Assembly: GCF_002945325.1 (NCBI RefSeq)
Contig: NZ_CP026606.1
Location: 1,330,024-1,354,023 of the forward strand
Source of the DNA: Methanococcus maripaludis
GTDB lineage: Archaea > AGJL01 > Methanococci > Methanococcales > Methanococcaceae
Direction: 5' to 3'
DNA length: 24,000 nt
How positions within the stretch are numbered: the stretch's first letter is position 1; each line of letters opens with the position of its first letter. A program made the translations under genes and the position numbers. The notes beneath the pieces are model-generated. The model was not told the DNA's origin and did not search any database. It worked only from the letters and a program-made list of their open reading frames with translations. Below, in pieces: positions 9,278 to 21,519 of the stretch.

Positions 9278-9844
9278 TTATCTTGCAGATTGTGCAACTC
9301 TCTCTTTTTCTTCTTTTTTCTTAACAGCAAAGCTTTTTTGCATGTCAGCTTTTGAAGCAAAGATGAGTTCGTCTGCTAAGCATTGAGCAACGGTTTTTTT
9401 ATTTTTGTGTGCGCTTTCTGAAGCACCAAGTGCAATGTTTCTAAAAGCTGTGTCCAATCGTCTTGATGGTGAAACATCAACTGACTGTAAGAATGCAATT
9501 CCCCCGTAGGAGATTCTTGTTGTTTCTTCCCTAGGTCCTGAATTTTCTAAAGCATCAACTAAAACTTGAACAGGGTTTTCTTTAGTCCTGTTTTCAATGA
9601 TTGACAAAGCTTCTTCGACAATTGCTAAAGTTTCGTGTTTTTTACCGGTGTTGTTTTGGTTAGCCATTAATTTGTTAGCTAATCTTTCTACAATGTTCAT
9701 TTTTGATTTATCAAAACTTTTCTTTGAGTTTCTTCCTGCAGTATGTGGAACTAAAACTGGAGCTACACTAATGTAGGATTTTAAACTTGGGTCTTTAACT
9801 GCGACAGTTTCACTGTCCCATTTACCAAATAATTTGATTTCCAA
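9278..9844 (-). CDS. rps7: 30S ribosomal protein S7 (uS7)
   Basis: 188 aa, canonical archaeal uS7 ([21 protein letters not shown]). TTG start with a GGGTGA SD 4 nt upstream. Confidence 0.95.
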   Translation of the reverse strand: MEIKLFGKWDSETVAVKDPSLKSYISVAPVLVPHTAGRNSKKSFDKSKMNIVERLANKLMANQNNTGKKHETLAIVEEALSIIENRTKENPVQVLVDALENSGPREETTRISYGGIAFLQSVDVSPSRRLDTAFRNIALGASESAHKNKKTVAQCLADELIFASKADMQKSFAVKKKEEKERVAQSAR

Positions 9845-9877
9845 TTTTTCACCCTTTTTTCTTTTTTAGATCTTAAT

Positions 9878-10321
9878 TTATCTTTTAACTTTTTCCTGTC
9901 TTCCTCTGACAAGCTCTCTGATTGAGTTTTTACCGACTAATACAACTTTGTATCTAACTCCTGGAATATCCCCTTTAGCCTGTCCTGATGGACCACCGAT
10001 ACCTTCGATAACAACTTCGTCGTGTTCATCAATGAAGTTGATAGCGTGGTTTCCAGGTGCAAATGCTGTAACTTGTCTACCGTTTTTGATTAACTGAACT
10101 CTAACACATTTTCTGATAGCAGAGTTTGGCTGTTTTGCTTCGAGACCTACTTTCTCAATAACAATTCCTCTTCCCATTGGAGCTCCTTCTAATGGGTCAG
10201 CTTTTAATTTTAAGCTTAGAGCTTTGTTAACGTATTTGTAGTGGTGCCATCTGCTTGCTTTTCTTTTTAAAAGTAATTTTCTTCCTGCGAATTCTCCTTT
10301 TGGAGATTTACTTCCTGCCAT
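9878..10321 (-). CDS. rps12: 30S ribosomal protein S12 (uS12)
   Basis: 147 aa containing [19 protein letters not shown] and [11 protein letters not shown] start with a GGTGA SD 4 nt upstream. Confidence 0.95.
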   Translation of the reverse strand: MAGSKSPKGEFAGRKLLLKRKASRWHHYKYVNKALSLKLKADPLEGAPMGRGIVIEKVGLEAKQPNSAIRKCVRVQLIKNGRQVTAFAPGNHAINFIDEHDEVVIEGIGGPSGQAKGDIPGVRYKVVLVGKNSIRELVRGRQEKVKR

Positions 10322-10330
10322 AAAATCACC

Positions 10331-10852
10331 TTATTGGTTTTCTTCAGCTTCAACATTTTTAGATGATTCTGCTGCTTTTTCAGGTACTTCTTCCTGTTTT
10401 GGTTTTTTATCGTTATCTTTTCTTAAACCAGCAACGACTTTGATATTTTTAACACCTGCAAGTCTTCCTGCAATGTCTACTGCTCTATCAATGTTTTTTC
10501 CTTTGTCTCCAATAATAGCTCTCCTAAATCTTGGATGAACTCTTATGTAAACTACTAAATCGTCACCAAATTTTTTAGTCCATACATCTTCTACTTCAAT
10601 TGGAGCAAAGATGTTTTTAATGAACTGTTTTACATCTTCTGAGTATTCGATTAAGTCTATTTTTTTACCGAATTTTTCAGTTGCATTTCTCACATTTTCG
10701 CCGCCTTTTCCAATTGCAGCTCCAATGTCACCTTCTTTAACAACGAAAACAATTTTTTCATCATCAGAAGTGCTATCAATCACGTCAGCACCAGTCATCT
10801 TTTCGAAGAGACTGATTCTCATGATATCTTCTGTATTAAGTTTAATTCTCAT
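10331..10852 (-). CDS. nusA: Archaeal NusA-like KH-domain protein (transcription termination/antitermination factor homolog)
   Basis: Two KH-like GxxG segments (AAIGKGGENVRN, AIIGDKGKNIDR), in the conserved position between rpl30e and rps12. ATG 10852 is preferred because GGTGA lies 6 nt upstream; the track TTG at 10855 is adjacent. Confidence 0.88.
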   Translation of the reverse strand: MRIKLNTEDIMRISLFEKMTGADVIDSTSDDEKIVFVVKEGDIGAAIGKGGENVRNATEKFGKKIDLIEYSEDVKQFIKNIFAPIEVEDVWTKKFGDDLVVYIRVHPRFRRAIIGDKGKNIDRAVDIAGRLAGVKNIKVVAGLRKDNDKKPKQEEVPEKAAESSKNVEAEENQ

Positions 10853-10868
10853 CAACCATCACCCGCGG

Positions 10869-11171
10869 TTATTCTTCATTGTTAACGTTTAAAATAGCCG
10901 AGTTACCAGGTTCTAAAACCAACAATGCGGAAACAGGGAATGGTTTTCCACAAATAGCTCCAAGTTCAATTGAAGTTGCCTGGTGTGTGTAAACCGGGGT
11001 TTCTGAAAGTTGTGTGTAATAAAAAATGTCTTCTCTAACGTCTTTTGCGCAGTTGTCTGCAACAATTACTAACTGGCCTTCGCCGTGTTTTATGTTTTTA
11101 ATAGCCTGTTTTGTACCTAAGACTACATTTCCAGTGTCCACTGCTACTCTTATAGCTCTGTTTATGTCCAT
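10869..11171 (-). CDS. rpl30e: 50S ribosomal protein L30e
   Basis: [41 protein letters not shown] is the L30e/L7Ae fold. A strong AGGAGGT SD lies 5 nt upstream of ATG 11171. The track start at 11189 would translate through that SD. Confidence 0.92.
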   Translation of the reverse strand: MDINRAIRVAVDTGNVVLGTKQAIKNIKHGEGQLVIVADNCAKDVREDIFYYTQLSETPVYTHQATSIELGAICGKPFPVSALLVLEPGNSAILNVNNEE

Positions 11172-11240
11172 ATTAGACCTCCTTCTCATTATATTCTCCA
11201 GAGGGTTTTCCTATGCAATTTGGAAATTAATGTCCCTATG

Positions 11241-11253
11241 AATATACGAACTA
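11241..11253 (-). promoter_or_regulatory. Conserved 13-mer TAGTTCGTATATT upstream of rpl30e (candidate promoter or leader element)
   Basis: Same 13-mer as at 9209-9221, here 69 nt upstream of the rpl30e ATG. A box-A-like AAAGGTATAAAAATA lies about 25 nt further upstream (plus ~11270-11285). Confidence 0.4.
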
Positions 11254-11345
11254 GTTAATAGTTACATGTTATTTTTATACCTTTGCATCAACCAAAAACT
11301 CTCTAATTATAATTAACGGATCGAAGTGAGTGTTATAAACGGTAT

Positions 11346-11378
11346 AAAAAAACGATTATCTTAAAAATAATTAAAAAA
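11346..11378 (-). terminator. Oligo-T termination zone after rpoA2
   Basis: The minus strand directly after the rpoA2 stop reads TACTTTTTTAATTATTTTTAAGATAATCGTTTTTTTATACC (T6, T5 and T7 runs). This fits separate RNAP and rpl30e-str transcription units. Confidence 0.5.
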
Positions 11379-11386
11379 GTATTAAA

Positions 11387-15260
<3,874 letters not shown>

Positions 15261-15310
15261 ATGTTTCACCGTGGTTTTAGACCTTTTTAATAAAAAATAA
15301 ATAATTTAAG

Positions 15311-17155
15311 TTATGCTCTGTCTTTTAATTCTAATTTTGGATCGATTCCCATACTTTTAAGCTCATCCAACAATAATTTGAATGCATAAGCAATTTTTAC
15401 AGGTGGAATCTTTCTGTTATCTTGAATGTCTTCTGATTCACCACAAACTGGACAGAATTTCATGCCTCTCTTGTAATCGAAGATTGCAATTTCACCACAT
15501 TTAGCACAGACGTAGTCTTCGTGAGGGTCTGATTCATCGAGAAGTCTTTCCTTAAGGAGCATTGCAGCACCGTGGGCAACTAACACATCTCTTTCCATTT
15601 CCCCAAACCTAAGACCTCCTTCTCTTGCCCTACCTTCTGTAGGCTGTCTTGTAAGAACTTGGATTGGTCCTCTGCTTCTTGCGTGGATTTTTCCAGCAAC
15701 CAAGTGGTGTAATTTCTGGTAGTATGCAACTCCAACGAAAATATCGCACTCTAATTTTCTACCGGATTTTCCATCATACATTGCTTCTTTTGCATGGTGT
15801 TCAAAGCCGTATTTTTCAAGGCCTTCTCTTAATTTCCATTCGCTTTCGCCGCTGAAAATTGTTCCGTCGATTCTTCTGCATTCCAATGAACCAACTTTAC
15901 CACCAATCATTTCAAGAACCTGTCCGATAGTCATCCTTGAAGGGATCGCGTGCGGGTTGATAATTAAATCAGGAATTACTCCATCTTCAGTATAGGGTAA
16001 GTCTTCTTGTGGAACAATGAGTCCAATAACCCCTTTCTGACCGTGTCTTGATGCAAATTTGTCACCAAACTCAGGAATTCTTAAATCTCTAACTCTAACT
16101 TTTCCAAGTCTGTTTCCTTCTTTTGTTTCACTCAAAATTACGAGGTCAACGATTCCTTCTTCGCCATGTCGAATCGTAACTGAAGTGTCTCTTCTCTGTG
16201 ATTTTGTTTGAAGGGTGATTTCCTGTTCTTCTAAAAATCTTGGAGGTGACGTTTTTCCTAAAATTACATCTCCCGATTTTACTGAGGATTCAAGGTCGAT
16301 TAAACCATCGTCACCTAAGTTTCTGTAGGCTTCTTCAGCTCTGTAACCCCTAACTCCTTTTTCAGGAACTTCGAATTTATCGAGTTGTCCTCCAGGGTAT
16401 CTTTTTTCAAAGCTTTCGTAGCTTCTAAAGAATGAACTTCTACCAAGACCTCTTTCAAGAGATGCTTTGTTGATAATGAACGCATCCTCCATGTTATAGC
16501 CTTCGTAACTCATAACTGCTACAACGAAGTTCTGTCCAGCAGGTCTTTTATCAAATCCTAAGATTTCCTGGTGTTTTGTTCTTACAAGTGGAACTTGGGG
16601 GTAGTGGAGTAAGTGTCCTCTTGTATCCATTCTCCATTTTATGTTTGCCATGGGAATTCCAAGTGACTGTTTACTCATCGCAGCAGCCATTGTAATCCTT
16701 GGAGCTGAATTGTGTTCTGGATATGGGGCAACACCTGCACCGATACCTAAAATAACAAGAGGGTCAATTTCAACGTGCGTGTTTTCCTCGGTTATTTCAT
16801 CTTCATACATCGCAATTCTTGCGTTTTCTTCTTCTTCAGCATCTAAATATTCAATAATTCCTGAATTTACTAAATCTAAAAAAGTTAATTCTTTAGATTC
16901 CATTTTTTCGAGTATTTCTTCTGTTACTTTTGAAGCACCGTTTTCAACAACAATCAATGGTCTTACAGCCCTTCCACCATCGGTTGAAATGTGGACATCG
17001 TTACTTTCTTCATTGAACGAAATTGACGTGCTTGGCGATAATTTTCCACTTCTTCTGTTTTCCCTTAAGTTTTTAACAAGTGTTTCAGGGTCTTGTGTGG
17101 TATCGATCAATTTCCCGTTAACATATACATTTGTCTGCTTTTCCAAGGTATCCAC
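15311..17155 (-). CDS. rpoB1: DNA-directed RNA polymerase subunit B' (C-terminal half of split Rpo2)
   Basis: 614 aa with [32 protein letters not shown] and a C-terminal Zn ribbon CAKCG...CPVCG. GTG start. Confidence 0.95.
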   Translation of the reverse strand: MDTLEKQTNVYVNGKLIDTTQDPETLVKNLRENRRSGKLSPSTSISFNEESNDVHISTDGGRAVRPLIVVENGASKVTEEILEKMESKELTFLDLVNSGIIEYLDAEEEENARIAMYEDEITEENTHVEIDPLVILGIGAGVAPYPEHNSAPRITMAAAMSKQSLGIPMANIKWRMDTRGHLLHYPQVPLVRTKHQEILGFDKRPAGQNFVVAVMSYEGYNMEDAFIINKASLERGLGRSSFFRSYESFEKRYPGGQLDKFEVPEKGVRGYRAEEAYRNLGDDGLIDLESSVKSGDVILGKTSPPRFLEEQEITLQTKSQRRDTSVTIRHGEEGIVDLVILSETKEGNRLGKVRVRDLRIPEFGDKFASRHGQKGVIGLIVPQEDLPYTEDGVIPDLIINPHAIPSRMTIGQVLEMIGGKVGSLECRRIDGTIFSGESEWKLREGLEKYGFEHHAKEAMYDGKSGRKLECDIFVGVAYYQKLHHLVAGKIHARSRGPIQVLTRQPTEGRAREGGLRFGEMERDVLVAHGAAMLLKERLLDESDPHEDYVCAKCGEIAIFDYKRGMKFCPVCGESEDIQDNRKIPPVKIAYAFKLLLDELKSMGIDPKLELKDRA

Positions 17156-17189
17156 CTTCTTAATTGACTAAATTCGATCAATATTAAAT

Positions 17190-18689
17190 TTAGTTTTCCT
17201 TTGTGAGCCCGAGTTCTTTTAATAATTCGATTACGCTATCGTCGCCTTCGTCAGTAGTTACTTTGCACATTACAGCAAGGTTTTTTACCAGACCACAGTT
17301 TGGACCTTCTGGTGTTTCGGATGGACATATTTTACCCCATTGGGTTGCGTGCAAGTCTCTCGCTTCGAAGTGAGGCTGTGATCTTGAAAGTGGAGATACA
17401 ACTCTTCTTAATTGCGATACTGTTGCAAGGTAACTGGTTCTATCGAGAAGCTGGGATACCCCTGTTCTTCCACCTACCCAGTTTCCAGTAGCCATTGCAT
17501 GTCTCATTCTTTCAGTTAAAACATCGCTTCTAACTGCAGCTTGAATTGAAGGCTCTTTGTTTCTAATTGCCTGTCTTTCGAGCTGGTATTTGATATCTTT
17601 AATTAACTGGTTGAATGAATGTCTGAATAAGTCTTCCATTAAGTCTCCAGCTAATTTTAATCTTTTATTTGAATAATGGTCCTTATCATCTTCAACCCTT
17701 AATCCTAAGTAAAGTTCGATTGAATTTTTAGCCATTCTTCCAAGATATTTACATTTAGCGCCTAATTTTTCAGATTCTACGCCCATGTGTGGCAATAGGT
17801 AGTTACAAAGAATTGTTTCTGCTCTTTTTAACTTGTACTCTTTAGGCTGTCCTGGAGCTACTCTTTTTCCAATATGTTCGAGTGCATCTTCAGTCGTGTT
17901 TATTGCATGCTCTTCTCTTGCTTCCTGTAAGTTTGCAATTAACTGCATGACAACTGTTGGTTCGTCCGAAATTAATTCGATAATTTCTCTATCTGATTCT
18001 GCACCGAGTGCTCTCATTAATATAACTAATGGAATTGTGCTAGGCATTCCTGGGAATGAAACATTTAATAATCCATCAGGATTTCTTTCAACAGTACAAA
18101 GTGCCCTAAATCCATGTCTGGTTGAAAATACTTTTGCGATATCTACAACTTTGTTGTTTTTTTCTACCTTTTCACATATAATTCTGTTAGGAATAAGGTC
18201 TTCTTGAGCAACAACTGCTTTTTCTGAACCATTAACAATAAAATAACCTAAAGGATCTTGTGTATCTTCGCCGTATTTTATCAATTCTTCTGCAGATTTT
18301 CCGCACAAATGGCAGATTTCTGAACCAAGCATTACTGGAAGTTCTCCAATGTAAACTTCAACAGGGGATAATACTTTTTCTTCTTCACCTTCACCGACAG
18401 TTGGTATCATTTCAAGGTAAAGCGGTGCAGAGTATGCAAGGTTTCTGATTCTTGCTTCCATAGGTGTTATTGGTTTTACAGAACCGTCAGCTTCCTTATT
18501 TATTGGTTTTGTAACTCTCACGTTTCCAAAGGATACTTTGTATCCTCCTTTAATTTCTGTTTCAACACCAGTTACCTCATCAATGATTCGTTGAATTTTA
18601 TTCTTAACAAAATCATCGTAGGAATCGATGTGGTGTTTTACTAAACTGTTTTCTTTAAAAAATGCATCAACAACGACACGGGATTCCAT
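17190..18689 (-). CDS. rpoB2: DNA-directed RNA polymerase subunit B'' (N-terminal half of split Rpo2)
   Basis: 499 aa with HHIDSYDDFV, GYFIVNGSEKAVVAQE and SRSQPHFEARDLHATQWGKICPSETPEGPNCGLVKNLA. A split B subunit is typical of methanogens. GGGGG SD upstream of the ATG. Confidence 0.95.
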   Translation of the reverse strand: MESRVVVDAFFKENSLVKHHIDSYDDFVKNKIQRIIDEVTGVETEIKGGYKVSFGNVRVTKPINKEADGSVKPITPMEARIRNLAYSAPLYLEMIPTVGEGEEEKVLSPVEVYIGELPVMLGSEICHLCGKSAEELIKYGEDTQDPLGYFIVNGSEKAVVAQEDLIPNRIICEKVEKNNKVVDIAKVFSTRHGFRALCTVERNPDGLLNVSFPGMPSTIPLVILMRALGAESDREIIELISDEPTVVMQLIANLQEAREEHAINTTEDALEHIGKRVAPGQPKEYKLKRAETILCNYLLPHMGVESEKLGAKCKYLGRMAKNSIELYLGLRVEDDKDHYSNKRLKLAGDLMEDLFRHSFNQLIKDIKYQLERQAIRNKEPSIQAAVRSDVLTERMRHAMATGNWVGGRTGVSQLLDRTSYLATVSQLRRVVSPLSRSQPHFEARDLHATQWGKICPSETPEGPNCGLVKNLAVMCKVTTDEGDDSVIELLKELGLTKEN

Positions 18690-18770
18690 GATTTTCCCCC
18701 ATAGATTTTAGATAAAGGACTAATAGCTTATTTTAAATTTTAAAAATATTTAGCAGGTATTAACCAGCAG

Positions 18771-19007
18771 TTAGAGTGAAGTTGCTATTACTAATCTGTA
18801 ATAGGTAGATTCGCCTGCGGTAGGGCTCATTCTGGTTATTTTTACAACGTCTCCAGGTGTTGCTCCAATTTCAAGCACGAGGGGATCGGTATCGAGCAAT
18901 TTTGGGAATTGCTGCATTTTTATACTGTATTTTTCGAGTAAAAGGGGTATTTCTTCTCTTGGAATAATCTCATGTGTCGGAACCATTTCATGTGACGATA
19001 TTTTCAC
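18771..19007 (-). CDS. rpoH: DNA-directed RNA polymerase subunit H (Rpo5)
   Basis: 78 aa. [22 protein letters not shown]...[23 protein letters not shown] is the canonical RpoH. GTG start with a GGAGG SD 7 nt upstream. It is the first gene of the H-B''-B'-A'-A'' order. Confidence 0.92.
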   Translation of the reverse strand: MKISSHEMVPTHEIIPREEIPLLLEKYSIKMQQFPKLLDTDPLVLEIGATPGDVVKITRMSPTAGESTYYRLVIATSL

Positions 19008-19046
19008 AATTTGGCCTCCATTTGTTTAAAATAGTTATAAAAATAA

Positions 19047-19057
19047 ACTTATGCGTA
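19047..19057. promoter_or_regulatory. Shared intergenic 11-mer A[CT]TTATGCGT[TA] (copy 3 of 3), in the rpoH / sulfur-operon divergent region
   Basis: ACTTATGCGTA lies next to T/A-rich TATA-like sequence on both sides. Related copies are at 2453-2463 and 5012-5022, and all three are intergenic. Strand of action is unresolved (see findings). Confidence 0.35.
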
Positions 19058-19151
19058 TAATATTAATATCATGAAAAATAGTGGTAACTCATATATATTA
19101 TTTTCTATCTTTAAATACATTTCTAAATTGTTTCAAGTTAACAAAATAATG

Positions 19152-19178
19152 ATATGGTTATATAATATGGGGTATATA
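19152..19178 (+). repeat. Tandem imperfect direct repeat ATATGGTTATATA / ATATGGGGTATATA carrying two TATA-like boxes
   Basis: Read directly from the sequence. The two units are adjacent, about 85-110 nt upstream of the TTG start of the COG1900-CBS gene. Confidence 0.5.
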
Positions 19179-19260
19179 TACTATAGAACTAACCCAATGG
19201 ATTTATTGTCCAGATATTATACATTCACTGCTTTAAATATATAAAATTAAGGTTGATATT

Positions 19261-20802
19261 TTGAAAACCGTTCACGAAATTAACGAGAAGATACGAAATG
19301 GCGATGCAGTTGTAGTCACTGCAGAAGAGATGATCGATATAGTCGACGAACTGGGTGCAGAAAAAGCGGCAGTTGAAATAGATGTAGTTACAACAGGTAC
19401 ATTTGGAGCAATGTGTTCAAGCGGAGCATTTTTAAATTTTGGACACTCTGATCCGCCAATAAAAATGTGTAAAACATATTTGAATGGTGTGGAAGCATAT
19501 TCGGGAATTGCAGCAGTTGATGCTTATTTAGGGGCTACTCAAACGAATAGTGATGATGATATTGATATATCATATGGGGGTTCCCACGTTCTTGAAGATC
19601 TTGTCGCAGGGAAAGAAATTGAACTTGTAGCGGAAGGATACACTACTGACTGCTACCCTAGAAAAAAAGTAGAAACAACAATAACAATCGATGATTTAAA
19701 TCAGGCAATCTTAGTAAATCCAAGAAACTGCTACCAATCTTACAACGGTGCTACAAACAGCACCGAAGAAAAGATATACACTTACATGGGTGCACTTCTC
19801 CCAGAATTTGGAAATCTAAATTATTCCGGTGCAGGTCAACTAAATCCACTGCAAAACGATTTCAATAAAGAAACAAAAACTTATAACACCTTAGGAATGG
19901 GTACAAGAATCTTCTTAGGTGGTGCACAAGGTTATATTGCAGGTTCAGGAACCCAGCACAGTCCAAATGGTGGATTTGGAACCTTGATGGTTCAAGGAGA
20001 CCTAAAAGAAATGAGTACTAAATATTTAAGAGGAGCAACGATTCCAAAATACGGAAGTACGCTTTACATGGGGATCGGAATTCCAATTCCAGTATTAAAC
20101 GCAGAAATTGCAAAAACCTGTGCAATAAAAGATGAAGATATTGCAATACCCATATTGGATTACGGAATTCCAAGAAGGGATAAGCCCGAGTTAGGCGTTA
20201 CAAACTATAAAGATGCAAGATCTGGAAAAGTAACGATTGAAGTCGAAATCGAAGGCAAAAAAGTAGATAAATGCATGAGATCTGCATCAGTTTCAAGTTA
20301 TAAAGTTTCAAGGGAAATTTCAAAAGAACTTAAAAACTGGATTTCAAATAGCGAATTTATGTTAACCGAAAGACTTGAACCTTTAAAAAGTGCAGCTCCA
20401 AAACCAATGAAAGCAAAAATGAAACTTGTAAAAGATATATTGAGCAGACCTGTAGTTGTAGGAAGCTTAAATACTTCAATTACAGAAGCTTCAAGAGTTT
20501 TGATTGAAAATAATATAAATCATTTGCCAATTGTGGATGAAAACGGCAAACTTTCAGGAATAATTACGTCATGGGATATTGCAAAGGCAATGGCGCAGGA
20601 TAAACATTCAATTTCTGAAATCATGACTACATATATAGTATCTGCAACACCAGATGAAACTATAGATATGGCAGCAAGAAAAATGAGCAGAAACAATATT
20701 TCAGGACTTCCTGTTGTCGATTCAAACAACAAGGTTCTTGGAGTGGTTTCAGCTGAAGATATCTCAAAACTTATCGGGAGAAATGGACTTCATAAAATTT
20801 AA
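19261..20802 (+). CDS. COG1900/DUF39 domain protein with a C-terminal tandem CBS pair (MJ0100/MA1821-type putative homocysteine-biosynthesis enzyme)
   Basis: 513 aa. The N-terminal MKTVHEINEKIRNGDAVVVTAEEM...VVTTGTFG matches DUF39. The C-terminal ~130 aa form two CBS motifs (VKDILSRPVVVGS...HLPIVDENGKLSGIITSWDI and ISEIMTTYIVSAT...GLPVVDSNNKVLGVVSAEDI). TTG is the first possible start in frame, because TAA lies 9 codons upstream. AAGGT SD lies 7 nt upstream. Confidence 0.85.
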   Translation: MKTVHEINEKIRNGDAVVVTAEEMIDIVDELGAEKAAVEIDVVTTGTFGAMCSSGAFLNFGHSDPPIKMCKTYLNGVEAYSGIAAVDAYLGATQTNSDDDIDISYGGSHVLEDLVAGKEIELVAEGYTTDCYPRKKVETTITIDDLNQAILVNPRNCYQSYNGATNSTEEKIYTYMGALLPEFGNLNYSGAGQLNPLQNDFNKETKTYNTLGMGTRIFLGGAQGYIAGSGTQHSPNGGFGTLMVQGDLKEMSTKYLRGATIPKYGSTLYMGIGIPIPVLNAEIAKTCAIKDEDIAIPILDYGIPRRDKPELGVTNYKDARSGKVTIEVEIEGKKVDKCMRSASVSSYKVSREISKELKNWISNSEFMLTERLEPLKSAAPKPMKAKMKLVKDILSRPVVVGSLNTSITEASRVLIENNINHLPIVDENGKLSGIITSWDIAKAMAQDKHSISEIMTTYIVSATPDETIDMAARKMSRNNISGLPVVDSNNKVLGVVSAEDISKLIGRNGLHKI

Positions 20803-20815
20803 TCTGGTGATTTAA

Positions 20816-21214
20816 GTGAAAAAGAGAGTATTTTACTGGATATCTGGAAGCAACGTAAGAGAACCGGTAGTTTCAAACGTGGTTTTAGAAACCGGTGTAA
20901 TGGTAAATATTTTAAAGGCAAAAATGGAACCAAGGGAAGGATTTTTAATTCTCGAATTAACTGGCGATGAAGGGCAGATTGAAAAATCTATCGAAATACT
21001 GAAAAAATTCGGGGAAGTGGAAGATATTCCAAAAATCATCCAAAAAGATGATGAAAAATGCATTGATTGTGGTGCATGTGTCGTTCACTGCCCTGTTGGT
21101 GCGCTTTCAGTTGACGAAGAATTTAAAATACTGCTCGACGAAGATGAATGCATTGGATGTAAAAACTGTGCAAAAATATGCCCTGTAAATGCAATTAAAA
21201 TATTTGAAATCTAA
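20816..21214 (+). CDS. NIL-domain / 2x[4Fe-4S] ferredoxin fusion (MA1822/MJ0099-type partner of the COG1900 protein)
   Basis: 132 aa. The N-terminal ~75 aa are NIL-like (REPVVSNVVLETGVMVNILKAKMEP). They are followed by two CxxCxxCxxxCP motifs (CIDCGACVVHCP, CIGCKNCAKICP). GTG start with a GGTGA SD 5 nt upstream, 13 nt after the upstream stop. Confidence 0.85.
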   Translation: MKKRVFYWISGSNVREPVVSNVVLETGVMVNILKAKMEPREGFLILELTGDEGQIEKSIEILKKFGEVEDIPKIIQKDDEKCIDCGACVVHCPVGALSVDEEFKILLDEDECIGCKNCAKICPVNAIKIFEI

Positions 21215-21258
21215 TATTTCAATTAAATTTAATTTTTTACTGTTTTTTAGGTGATTTA

Positions 21259-21513
21259 ATGGATTTAACAATAAAATTCTTTGCAAAATGCAGGGAAGAT
21301 TTTGGCGAAGGTTTAAAAATATCAATAGATCTAAATGAAGTATCTGTTTTAGAATTGATTGAAATTTTAGAAAAAGACTACAATTTACAATTAAAAGAAG
21401 ATTTTGAAAATGGGCGAATAATTGTTTCAAAAGACTTTGAAATTGTTTCTTCAAACGATATAATAAATAAAAACAGTGAAATTGGAATATACCCTCCAGT
21501 TTCAGGCGGATAA
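21259..21513 (+). CDS. MoaD/ThiS-family ubiquitin-like small sulfur-carrier protein (SAMP/TtuB-like)
   Basis: 84 aa, MDLTIKFFAKCREDFG...EIGIYPPVSGG. It has the MoaD-type beta-grasp N-terminus and a C-terminal PPVSGG di-glycine. AGGTGA SD lies 4 nt upstream of the ATG. Confidence 0.8.
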   Translation: MDLTIKFFAKCREDFGEGLKISIDLNEVSVLELIEILEKDYNLQLKEDFENGRIIVSKDFEIVSSNDIINKNSEIGIYPPVSGG

Positions 21514-21519
21514 ATTTAC

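Noticed and set aside
11172-11240. Possible L30e autoregulatory kink-turn or SD-sequestering structure in the ~70-nt rpl30e leader, by analogy with yeast L30.
   Set aside because: I could fold only a weak 5-bp hairpin (UUUCC/GGAAA). I found no C-stem / 3-nt bulge / tandem G-A arrangement and no convincing pairing with the AGGAGGU SD. The idea is not supported by what I can see.
21107-21454. 115-aa minus-strand ORF spanning the NIL-ferredoxin 3' end and the MoaD-like gene. The 76-aa ORF at 20833..21063(-) was considered with it.
   Set aside because: They are antisense to two well-supported plus-strand genes, give L/Q/N-rich low-complexity products, and have no SD.
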